Positions 52,273 to 60,442 of a DNA stretch of 64,000 nt are shown here, one piece after another. Positions within the stretch are counted from its first letter, which is position 1; each line of letters starts with the position of its first letter. The stretch comes from an uncultured Candidatus Saccharibacteria bacterium (GTDB lineage: Bacteria > Patescibacteriota > Minisyncoccia > Phycocordibacterales > UBA918). A program made the position numbers and the translations under genes. The DNA is taken from contig CAYXYJ010000001.1 of the NCBI GenBank assembly GCA_964469295.1, positions 34,334 through 98,333 on the forward strand, written 5' to 3'. Below the pieces are notes generated by a model, which saw only the letters and a program-made list of their open reading frames with translations, made no database searches and was not told where the DNA came from.

Positions 52273-54201
52273 TTACCCTGTCCAGTTAAATAACAAAATC
52301 GAAAAGTCAGTCAGATTAACTTTTCCGTCTCGACTAATGTCAGCTGGAGGTTCTGAGTTACCGCCGGCGGTATTCCACCAATACAACAAAATCGAAAAGT
52401 CAGTCAGATTAACTTTTCCGTCTCGACTCAAATCAGAGGCGCCACCAGCACTGACCGCAGCTTGCCCCACACCATAGAGTGTATACGTTGAAAACGCACT
52501 CGTGCTGCCACCATCAACCACACCTTTGGCACGCACTTTATACGTACCATTTGAAAAGCCACCAGTATCAACCGACACAGACCACGCTCCGTTACTGCCC
52601 GCGGTGGCTGTCAAAACTTTGCGACTGGCAGTGTTTTTATCTTTTTCATTTTCGAGAGTGATGATCGCATTAGGAAACGAGTACCCCGAAATGGTTAATG
52701 GAGCACCAACATCAACCGGATCAGGGGTAACTTTAATCGATGGCGCCAAATTAATATTTGACAATGCAGACGTTCGAGCACCTGCCACACTAAATGAGGT
52801 GCTAAAGGTAGAGGTTTTGACAGCAGCCGCGTCAGTGGCGTAGATACCAAAAGTATATGCTCCGCGCGCGATTTTATCGACGGTAATTTCATAGCCGCCA
52901 TCAACACCGGCGGTTCCTGATTCAGCAATTTTTCCATCTACCAAAACAGTTACTTTGGCGCGCGGGAAAGTCCTACCGGTAATGACCACTTGTCCATCAC
53001 CACTACGATATGGTCCGTCGGTACTTTCAAAACCGCCTCCGCCACCACTGCTGGATCCACCACCGCCTCCACCACCGCCTCCGCCGCCAGACCCACCTGA
53101 GTTATTTGAAGATGATTCATTAGAACTTCCTGATCCACTACTATTACTGCCTCCAGTATTATTACCCGTACCACTACCGGAATTACCAGTGCCTGACCCA
53201 TCGCCGTTATCACTTCCTTCAGAATTCGTTTCTCCAGTTGGACGCGCGTTCACACTAAAGGTAATTAAATAATCGTCAGTGTTAATGTTAAATTCATCGT
53301 CCATACATCGGACGTACACATTGTTTACTGATTCGGGCACCACTGACATAATGGTTGTATGCACGACTAAGCCTGTATTATCGAATCGGTGTGGCATATC
53401 ATTATACAAAACATCCGGCACAAGACTGTACCGACAGATTGAAAACTCGTTGGTTTCTACTGACACCTCGACATTTACGGTTGTCCCGCTCAACTGTCCA
53501 CTCGGTTGACCATTAAACCGATCTGGAGGGATATCTTCTCGCGTATCTGCTGGACCGACGCCAACCTGTTCGATCATAAACACCACAAATCCAGCATCGG
53601 CTATTTCTGTATGAGCCGCATCATATGCCCGGACCATAATGCTGTGACTGCCAACAGTATCACTATTTTGAATCGGCTTAATATCACCAGGTTCAGTGGT
53701 CGTACCCGTTGAGGTACTGTATACATCGTACGGGACCTGAGTTAAATCAGTATGGTTACCAATTTTAAATTCCAATCGACTGCCAGTCGAAATACCAGCC
53801 GATTGATTTAATTGGTAGCGAATCACTCCATCAGGACCTGGTGTGACGGTAACCAAATCGTCGGATAGAGATAACACGGCTCCCACTTCACGCCGCACAC
53901 CATCAACCGACAATTGCACATTTCTCAGACCAGAAAAAAGACTGCTCGTTGAAATACTAAAATCTGCTGGAAAATCTATATCAATGTAGCCCTCGGCAGG
54001 AATATCAGTATTAATAACAAACGATAACGTGTGGTTGGCGTATAAAGACGGGGCTGACGTAGAAACCACATCACGATACTCGGCAATATTCCGAGCGCTA
54101 CTATGGTGAATAAAAAAACCACCAACAACGATAATCGTTGTTACAGCCAACAACAACGCAAACCTCATTGGTGCCATTTTTTTACTCATCATCCGGTACA
54201 T
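52273..54201 (-). CDS. secreted multi-domain protein with long Gly/Ser/Asn linker and C-terminal dockerin
   Basis: 642 aa with a signal peptide. Ig-like domains are followed by the linker NSGSGTGNNTGGSNSSGSGSSNESSSNNSGGSGGGGGGGGGGGSSSGGGGG. The C-terminal dockerin is SDLSRDGKVNLTDFSILLYWW...DISRDGKVNLTDFSILLFNWTG. Confidence 0.6.
   Translation of the reverse strand: MYRMMSKKMAPMRFALLLAVTTIIVVGGFFIHHSSARNIAEYRDVVSTSAPSLYANHTLSFVINTDIPAEGYIDIDFPADFSISTSSLFSGLRNVQLSVDGVRREVGAVLSLSDDLVTVTPGPDGVIRYQLNQSAGISTGSRLEFKIGNHTDLTQVPYDVYSTSTGTTTEPGDIKPIQNSDTVGSHSIMVRAYDAAHTEIADAGFVVFMIEQVGVGPADTREDIPPDRFNGQPSGQLSGTTVNVEVSVETNEFSICRYSLVPDVLYNDMPHRFDNTGLVVHTTIMSVVPESVNNVYVRCMDDEFNINTDDYLITFSVNARPTGETNSEGSDNGDGSGTGNSGSGTGNNTGGSNSSGSGSSNESSSNNSGGSGGGGGGGGGGGSSSGGGGGFESTDGPYRSGDGQVVITGRTFPRAKVTVLVDGKIAESGTAGVDGGYEITVDKIARGAYTFGIYATDAAAVKTSTFSTSFSVAGARTSALSNINLAPSIKVTPDPVDVGAPLTISGYSFPNAIITLENEKDKNTASRKVLTATAGSNGAWSVSVDTGGFSNGTYKVRAKGVVDGGSTSAFSTYTLYGVGQAAVSAGGASDLSRDGKVNLTDFSILLYWWNTAGGNSEPPADISRDGKVNLTDFSILLFNWTG
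52292..52428. repeat. two perfect 44-nt direct repeats (52292..52335 and 52385..52428) encoding the two Ca-binding halves of the dockerin
   Basis: aacaaaatcgaaaagtcagtcagattaacttttccgtctcgact occurs twice with 93-nt spacing, i.e. the two dockerin segments are identical at the DNA level. Confidence 0.75.
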
Positions 54202-54275
54202 ATATATGTATACCTATTGTACCGTGTCATTTACCAAAAATGCACGGTCACCCACAGGCTCATTTTTCGTTTACA

Positions 54276-55268
54276 TTACAGAAAAAGTGCCACAATATAG
54301 AAATACAGCACGAGCGTCAGCACATCTCGTACCACGGTAGCAACCGGACCACTCGTCAGTGCTGGATCGTACCGCAATCTCGTGGCCACAAACGGGATAA
54401 AAAGAGCCACCAACATTGCCGCTACCAAGGTGACGATAATCGCAGTAAAAATAACCGGCACTAGTTCCGGTGTCTGAAACCACCACGTGGTTACCACACT
54501 CATACACAATCCTAATAGCAACGCCAACGAAACAGAAACCACACACTCACGAGCCAGATATGCTTTAAATCGACCAACCGAGCGCAGACTAGGATCAAGC
54601 GCCAACGCCCGAACAAAAATAATTTCCGTTTGCGACCCCACCGCATCCGCCAAATACACCACCAAAGGAATAAAGGCAATGATAAGCACGTGCGCTGCCA
54701 AGGCGGTTTCAAAGCTTTGTACGATTAATGCCGCCACAAACCCACCTAATAATCCTAATAATAACCACGGTAATCTTTTACGGATGTGTAGGAACGGTGA
54801 CCCAGACAATAACGATGATTTTGGATCATCAAATGGTCCAGCTCCCGATAACTGTAAAAGATCATGAATTCGACCATAATGTAAGACATCACGGATGGTT
54901 TCAGACGTCACCACGCCAAGTAAACGATTTGATACTTTATCAATGACAGGCACTGCTTTTAGATTATGGTCGATAGCGGTCAAAGCGACTCGTTCCATCG
55001 ACACGTCTCCTGACACTGACACCAAGGATTTTTTGGCGGCAACGGCGATAATCGTTTGCGCTGAATAGACAAAAATGTCACGAATAGATACCACTCCTAC
55101 TAACGTACGATTACCATCAACGAGATAGACATACGATATACTCGCAAAATCACGCGCATGCTGATGTAATAATGCCAAAACATCTGCCACCGTCGTCTTG
55201 GACGAAACTGCAGGCACATTCTCTACCATACAATCAATGGCTGTTTTTTGTTGGTACCGGGAAGACAT
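54276..55268 (-). CDS. mgtE: MgtE-type magnesium transporter (CBS pair + MgtE TM domain; N-terminal MgtE_N domain absent)
   Basis: 330 aa. A CBS-like pair (AIDCMVENVPAVSSKTTVADVL...; VALTAIDHNLKAVPVIDKVSNRLLGVVTSETI) is followed by five hydrophobic helices with the conserved DAVG/acidic positions of MgtE (AFIPLVVYLADAVGSQTEII). Confidence 0.65.
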   Translation of the reverse strand: MSSRYQQKTAIDCMVENVPAVSSKTTVADVLALLHQHARDFASISYVYLVDGNRTLVGVVSIRDIFVYSAQTIIAVAAKKSLVSVSGDVSMERVALTAIDHNLKAVPVIDKVSNRLLGVVTSETIRDVLHYGRIHDLLQLSGAGPFDDPKSSLLSGSPFLHIRKRLPWLLLGLLGGFVAALIVQSFETALAAHVLIIAFIPLVVYLADAVGSQTEIIFVRALALDPSLRSVGRFKAYLARECVVSVSLALLLGLCMSVVTTWWFQTPELVPVIFTAIIVTLVAAMLVALFIPFVATRLRYDPALTSGPVATVVRDVLTLVLYFYIVALFL

Positions 55269-55323
55269 AGGAACGTATAATTTTTAGTGACAATAATTTC
55301 CAGACTAATAATCAGTATTACTT

Positions 55324-55734
55324 TTACTTTGTAGCAAAACGCTGTTCCCGCGCCCGGAGGTAATCAAGAAAATAATTTAATATAATTAAAATGAGAATAA
55401 TAAATAATAGTGTGGCAATCACAAAAGTTGAACGGTTGACACCGACAGATTCACCACTCGAGAGACCAATTTCTATTTCTCGATCTCTGATTTTTGATTC
55501 TCGTTGCTGTAATTGTTGCTCGTACTCCGTCAAAGCGCTGGTGAGTTGATTCAACTCAGTCGGCGCCACTCCAACGCTCACTCCCACCGAATTAGCAACA
55601 TAATATCCCGCCCGCGATGACAAATCACTGGTCATGGAATTAAGCAATCCACTATCCATCAATAACACAAACGCCAACACTGCTCCGCTAATGCGTAGCA
55701 AGCTATGATAGGTAGTGTTCGAGAGCGATGACAT
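55324..55734 (-). CDS. small membrane protein with coiled-coil segment
   Basis: 136 aa. N-terminal TM AVLAFVLLMDSGLL, a Q/E-rich coiled coil, and a C-terminal TM IATLLFIILILIILNYFL. Confidence 0.4.
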   Translation of the reverse strand: MSSLSNTTYHSLLRISGAVLAFVLLMDSGLLNSMTSDLSSRAGYYVANSVGVSVGVAPTELNQLTSALTEYEQQLQQRESKIRDREIEIGLSSGESVGVNRSTFVIATLLFIILILIILNYFLDYLRAREQRFATK

Positions 55735-55744
55735 GGTGACAAAT

Positions 55745-56836
55745 CTACGAAAATAGCACCAATAATATGAGGAAGAATACAGCAGTGACTGTCATCATAA
55801 CTAAGAACATCATCAAGAAAGGATTCCCGGAATTTTTGCCGCGACGGACAACGCGACGACCAGCCGTCGCTTGGTAATACGCCAACTGGCGTCGCACGTA
55901 CATTTTTGTGGCCACATAGATGATAAGGAACAATACCGCCAAGACACCCAAGGCTGGACCAATAATATTCATCGGCAAAATCCAAAACGTTACGGTACTT
56001 GTCATGGTTTGTTTAGATCCTTCTTCACCATAGACCGCACTCAACACTGCTTCATATCGACCAAATCGTGTATCACTTCCCACCCACTCCAACACGAATT
56101 CTCGTGATGTTCCCGGAAAAACTCCGGCAGCGTCAGTGTTAAATAAGACCGTTCCAACCTTTTGACCAAACATGTTATTTATTTCCAACGGTCCAGTTGG
56201 GCGAATCAACGTACTTCCATTATTTTGAATATGGACGTTAAATTCAACATTTTGTGAACTATAGATATAATTATTGGTTGATAGTTGTCGAATTTCTGCT
56301 TTTTCAATAACGTCACCAGCAACACGCATCACAACAATGTGGGCGACCTCATAACCAACCGCTGCTCCACTTTCGCGAATTTCCGGCGCGTCCACTGACA
56401 CAAAAATTCCGGCAAAGTGACTTCCTGGCGTAGCGTTTGCTGGAGCATTCACCGTATATTGGATAGGCACTTCTTGACCAGCCGGCACAAAAATTGAATC
56501 CGTTGCAATTGTAATCCACTGACTTAATTCAAAACCGGTTGTTTCAATATTCTCGACAGCAAAAATTGGTACATTACCATCACGAACACCGGTAATATCA
56601 CGTTTACTTAAATAAAACGTTTGATCAATATTGCTTTCGTTCCGAACGGTGACAGTATGCGTTTGACTCGTTCCTAATTCAATTGCCTCATCAAGTGTCG
56701 CTGGCTTTAAGGTAATGCCGGCCCCTCCTTGTGCCATAACTATCGTAGCCGGAGACAATAACAATAAAGAAACAAACATTCCCAGGATAACAAGCAACGA
56801 ACGCATAACAAAAGATACATTAATGGTAAACAACAA
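55745..56836 (-). CDS. B-family paralog B4 (DUF916-like surface protein with C-terminal TM anchor)
   Basis: 363 aa. Signal peptide LLVILGMFVSLLLLSPATIVMAQG. The pattern ...LSQWITIATDSIFVPAGQEVPIQYTVNAPANATPGSHFAGIFVSV... is shared with B1-B3. C-terminal TM ALGVLAVLFLIIYVATKMYV is followed by RRQLAYY, then a second hydrophobic segment. Confidence 0.55.
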   Translation of the reverse strand: MLFTINVSFVMRSLLVILGMFVSLLLLSPATIVMAQGGAGITLKPATLDEAIELGTSQTHTVTVRNESNIDQTFYLSKRDITGVRDGNVPIFAVENIETTGFELSQWITIATDSIFVPAGQEVPIQYTVNAPANATPGSHFAGIFVSVDAPEIRESGAAVGYEVAHIVVMRVAGDVIEKAEIRQLSTNNYIYSSQNVEFNVHIQNNGSTLIRPTGPLEINNMFGQKVGTVLFNTDAAGVFPGTSREFVLEWVGSDTRFGRYEAVLSAVYGEEGSKQTMTSTVTFWILPMNIIGPALGVLAVLFLIIYVATKMYVRRQLAYYQATAGRRVVRRGKNSGNPFLMMFLVMMTVTAVFFLILLVLFS

Positions 56837-56879
56837 CAGTATATCACTTGTCTGTCATCATAGATTACTCCTATAAACA

Positions 56880-56916
56880 GGTACACAAAAAGCCCCTAAA
56901 GGGCTTTTTGTGTACC
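56880..56916 (-). terminator. strong rho-independent (bidirectional-type) terminator downstream of A2
   Basis: A perfect 16-bp inverted repeat ggtacacaaaaagccc / gggctttttgtgtacc with a 5-nt loop (ctaaa). A U-run follows the stem on the minus transcript. Confidence 0.7.
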
Positions 56917-56946
56917 TCTAATATTCAATTTTAGAACAGTGAATCT

Positions 56947-58074
56947 TTAGAAGGTTGGTGTTGCGATGTAGGTCAAAATCGTATTGTAGTCATCACCCGC
57001 TTCCTGGAGTGGCGTGATTTGAATTTGATATGCTACATCAGTTTCACCAATATCAACGGTAGTTCCATCTGATGGTCCGGTATGTGAGAACACTTGACGA
57101 GGTGTGGTACTAGCAGCTACGAAGAGTGCTGAACCAAACTCATCACCATTAAGGTTTGAGTCTTCTGAAGTAAGACCCCAGTGACCCCAAGTGTTTTCGT
57201 TAGCAATGTTATTGGTTGGTGTTACCCACGCGGTTGGCGTGTTGGTGTAAGCACCATCAATAAATCCATCAATATCAGCTCCTGTTGATGACTGTAGGTT
57301 TTGATCCTGTTCAACCGTTACTACGAATCCGTTACGAGCGTTCGTGGTGACGTTAAGTCGTTGACCAAGGGTCTTGATTTCACCAGCAGTTAACACACCG
57401 AATGGGATTGCGGTTGGAGTAGTTGAACCAGTGGTACTCGTACCGTTAACCGCTGTTGATGTTGCCAATCCACTTACAGTGAAAGTGAAACTGGTGTTAA
57501 CAATAGCGGTAACATCTACGTTGTCGAGAATTGCCACACGTGTGCGACCGGTATCAACAGTCCCCGCTGTCACGTAGAATTCGTATGAACCCGCAGTTGG
57601 GTTAGTGACACGGTTAGTACCCGTTGTACCGAAAGTAGCATTCGTACCGACTTCGATGACCACTGTTTGTCCAGCAGTTACCACACCTGTACCTGAAGTA
57701 AGCGTGAGCACTTGTCCTGAAACAGCTGCTCCCCAAGTGGCACCAGACTGTGTTGCTGCCAAAGTTTGGTCAACGCCGTTGATACTGAAGTCAACGTCTC
57801 CGAACGCAACTGATCCCAGGTTGAATCCAGCTGGAAATGTGACAGCAATAGTTTGTCCAGCGCTCACACCACCTGACGATGTCGCCATGGTAAAACGAAT
57901 CGTATGATTCGAAAGAGCTGATACATCAGAGTCTGATAATGTGTTGCTTAACACGGTAAGGTTAGCAGCATTAGCGATATTGTAGAATCCAATGGAAGCT
58001 ACCATAACGGCTGCAGCAACGAGCATCGCGACTACTCGGTGCAAAGCTTCAACAGATGTTGAAATTTTTTGCAT
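56947..58074 (-). CDS. A-family secreted surface protein A2 (paralog of A1; C-terminus ...LQEAGDDYNTILTYIATPTF)
   Basis: 375 aa with a signal anchor (VAMLVAAAVMVASIGF). It shares blocks with A1. It has its own terminator and a ~300-nt upstream region. Confidence 0.7.
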   Translation of the reverse strand: MQKISTSVEALHRVVAMLVAAAVMVASIGFYNIANAANLTVLSNTLSDSDVSALSNHTIRFTMATSSGGVSAGQTIAVTFPAGFNLGSVAFGDVDFSINGVDQTLAATQSGATWGAAVSGQVLTLTSGTGVVTAGQTVVIEVGTNATFGTTGTNRVTNPTAGSYEFYVTAGTVDTGRTRVAILDNVDVTAIVNTSFTFTVSGLATSTAVNGTSTTGSTTPTAIPFGVLTAGEIKTLGQRLNVTTNARNGFVVTVEQDQNLQSSTGADIDGFIDGAYTNTPTAWVTPTNNIANENTWGHWGLTSEDSNLNGDEFGSALFVAASTTPRQVFSHTGPSDGTTVDIGETDVAYQIQITPLQEAGDDYNTILTYIATPTF

Positions 58075-58372
58075 GAATATATTATTTTAAATAACTAATT
58101 ATGTAGTCGCAGGCGACTCTGCGGTACAAGCTCGGTTGTGATTATTGTGGAGAGGTATCTATCCATTTTTGTGAAAAACTCAGCCAATGGACATCTACCT
58201 TCACAACCGATCTACCCCTAGTATAAAAAAGTTTCATTCTTCTGTCTCTCACATTCTGTTGATAACTTTATGAGTGACAGCGATTGTACGATACAATGCG
58301 GTTTATTTTCCTCATTTTTTGATTGTAGCAATGACGTTTATACCAAAATCATTTCAAGAACAACTGTCGTTA

Positions 58373-59641
58373 TTACGGTATTGCGGACACTACGGCAATA
58401 TCAGACCACCGTGTCGTGTATGATGGCGACAAAGCGTCTTTTTTGTTTTCCCACAGAGGCTGTTTGGCAAAGGCGCCAATCCGAATCACATCGGTGTGGT
58501 GTTTATCATTAATTTTTTGCAATACCTGATCAATGGCAAAACGCCTTGTAATTGTTGTGTCTCCATAATCATTTTCCCATAAAGCCGGTGTTACATAGTG
58601 CCGCGGAATCAATCCGCCAACTACACACCCAACTTTGCTATAGACAACTCCTGGTTGGTACATAGTATCGATCATCCGCATCGCTAACTTCATTCCCGTC
58701 ATGACATCTCCTAATGGCGTTGTGGGTATTTCGACCATTGCCGTTCCTTGGCGAGCAAAATCACCGTGGCGACTCGTCAATAGTAAAATTCTTATCATAC
58801 CGACCAATAATGATTGCTGTTGTAAATCATTAAAGACATTACGGACATGATGAGCGAGAGCGTCCTTTATGACCGATAAGTCTGTCGTCTTGGTACCAAA
58901 AGATCTCGTTGACATGATACTTTGTGGTAGGACGGATGTTATTGCTATGTCATACATGGAAATTCCTTGCAATTCATATTGCAAGCGGACGCCCACCACT
59001 CCAAACAACGTCTCCACTCGACGCGGTGGTGTATCAACCAAATCACGAACTGTCGTGATACCTGCTCTATGGTACCGTTCTCTTAATTCACGACCGACAC
59101 CCCAAACATCACCAATCGGCGTACTACCATACGTTGCCACAAAATCACCAAGACATATACCAATACCGCCCGTACGCTTGGCTTGGGCATTCACTAATTT
59201 TGCCAGGGTTTTTGTTTGAGCAGCTGCTACTGACACCGGAATACCAACTCGTTGCTCGACGGCATTTTTAATCCGAGATAATTCCGATTGAATAGTGGCG
59301 ACGTCAGTTCCTGTCACTCTAAAAAACGCCTCATCAATTGAATACTGTTCAACGGTCGCACAGAGCGATCGTAATACCGTAAATACCCGGGCTGAGATAT
59401 CCCGGTACAGCGCGAAATTTGAAGAAAAGCAGGTAACACCGTTGTCTTTTATGATGTCCTTTATTTGAAAGTAAGGGACACCCATGGAAATACCCATGTC
59501 CTTTACTTCTTGTGACCGAGCGACCACACACCCATCGTTACTTGACAGAACCAAGACCGGCCGATTCCGCAAATCTGGTCGAAACAGTCGCTCGCATGAC
59601 ACGAAAAAATTATTACAATCGATCAAGCCAACAAGTTCCAT
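58373..59641 (-). CDS. umuC: Y-family translesion DNA polymerase (UmuC/DinB-like)
   Basis: 422 aa. The N-terminus is MELVGLIDCNNFFVSCERLFRPDLRNRPVLVLSSNDGCVVARSQEVK, which is the classic UmuC/ImpB start. The palm motif is ...YSIDEAFF.... Confidence 0.8.
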   Translation of the reverse strand: MELVGLIDCNNFFVSCERLFRPDLRNRPVLVLSSNDGCVVARSQEVKDMGISMGVPYFQIKDIIKDNGVTCFSSNFALYRDISARVFTVLRSLCATVEQYSIDEAFFRVTGTDVATIQSELSRIKNAVEQRVGIPVSVAAAQTKTLAKLVNAQAKRTGGIGICLGDFVATYGSTPIGDVWGVGRELRERYHRAGITTVRDLVDTPPRRVETLFGVVGVRLQYELQGISMYDIAITSVLPQSIMSTRSFGTKTTDLSVIKDALAHHVRNVFNDLQQQSLLVGMIRILLLTSRHGDFARQGTAMVEIPTTPLGDVMTGMKLAMRMIDTMYQPGVVYSKVGCVVGGLIPRHYVTPALWENDYGDTTITRRFAIDQVLQKINDKHHTDVIRIGAFAKQPLWENKKDALSPSYTTRWSDIAVVSAIP

Positions 59642-59650
59642 ATTTCTTTG

Positions 59651-59659
59651 AGTATAACA
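59651..59659 (-). promoter_or_regulatory. candidate extended -10 (TGTTATACT) for umuC
   Basis: The revcomp of 59651..59659 is TGTTATACT. It lies ~20 nt upstream of the umuC start codon inside the 170-nt gap after the NUDIX gene. Confidence 0.3.
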
Positions 59660-59811
59660 GAATGATTTATAGTATCCTCATTATTGCCTGTTTGTAGTAT
59701 CGAAATATCAACTAATCTTTCATCAATACAGATGATGACAAAAAGCGAAACGAACACATGTAAAGACACCGCCCCGTCGAATGTGGAGCGGTGTCAGAAG
59801 TCACCTAAAAG

Positions 59812-60393
59812 TTACTGGTCACCCTTTGATAGCAGTTCGCGCTCAGCATACTGCAACAGTATCCTGTTGTTTTCTGCCTTAAAACCTGGCATGCGCGCGA
59901 GCGCATGATCAATTGGCAAAAATTCAACCACATCGAATTCCTTGTCCGGCGCTTCTGACAGGTCAATGACAACCGTTGGCTTAAGGCGCAGATACCACCA
60001 CTGATGTATCTGACCTTGATAGTATTCCTTCCCCGCTTTCCCCAAGTCTCGAGACTTGGTCGTTTCAAATGTGTAGCAGGTGAGGGCCGGGTATTGGCCG
60101 ATGATATGATAATCAATCGGTCGCAATCCCGTTTCTTCCTGTAGCTCGCGTTTCATTCCCGCCAATGGTATTTCCGGTGTTCTTTTGACCAACCGACCCC
60201 GATCCCGAGTTTCTTGGCAATCAAGTCCACCTTGCTGCAATTGCCAGATGGACGTACCGTCCCGCCGAAAGACAGCTACCTCGTTGCTGTCAGCAGCAAA
60301 AATCACCGTTCCAACACCCATTCGCATTGAAACGATATGAGATGCGGTGGGTTCTTTCTTTTTTTTCATAGCGTTATCCTCTTTACCATTCAT
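59812..60393 (-). CDS. NUDIX hydrolase
   Basis: 193 aa. The Nudix box reads GGLDCQETRDRGRLVKRTPEIPLAGMKRELQEETGL (E-x7-REUxEExGU present). The likely start is the internal MKKKKEPT. Confidence 0.65.
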   Translation of the reverse strand: MNGKEDNAMKKKKEPTASHIVSMRMGVGTVIFAADSNEVAVFRRDGTSIWQLQQGGLDCQETRDRGRLVKRTPEIPLAGMKRELQEETGLRPIDYHIIGQYPALTCYTFETTKSRDLGKAGKEYYQGQIHQWWYLRLKPTVVIDLSEAPDKEFDVVEFLPIDHALARMPGFKAENNRILLQYAERELLSKGDQ

Positions 60394-60442
60394 CTAGACT
60401 GTACAGTACAGGCAAAACACTATTACTGTCAAACGATATATT

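Noticed and set aside
58255-58330. ATTGTA-cga-TACAAT hairpin followed by a T-rich run after umuC as a terminator
   Set aside because: Its T-run lies on the plus strand where no gene is transcribed. On the minus strand the stem is weak (6 bp) and lacks a following U-tract.
59642-59811. Canonical SOS operators (CTGT-N8-ACAG, GAAC-N4-GTTC/Cheo box) upstream of umuC and umuD
   Set aside because: Scanned by eye. Only a GAACACATGT fragment was found (59751..59760), which lacks the partner half-site, so no LexA box is claimed.
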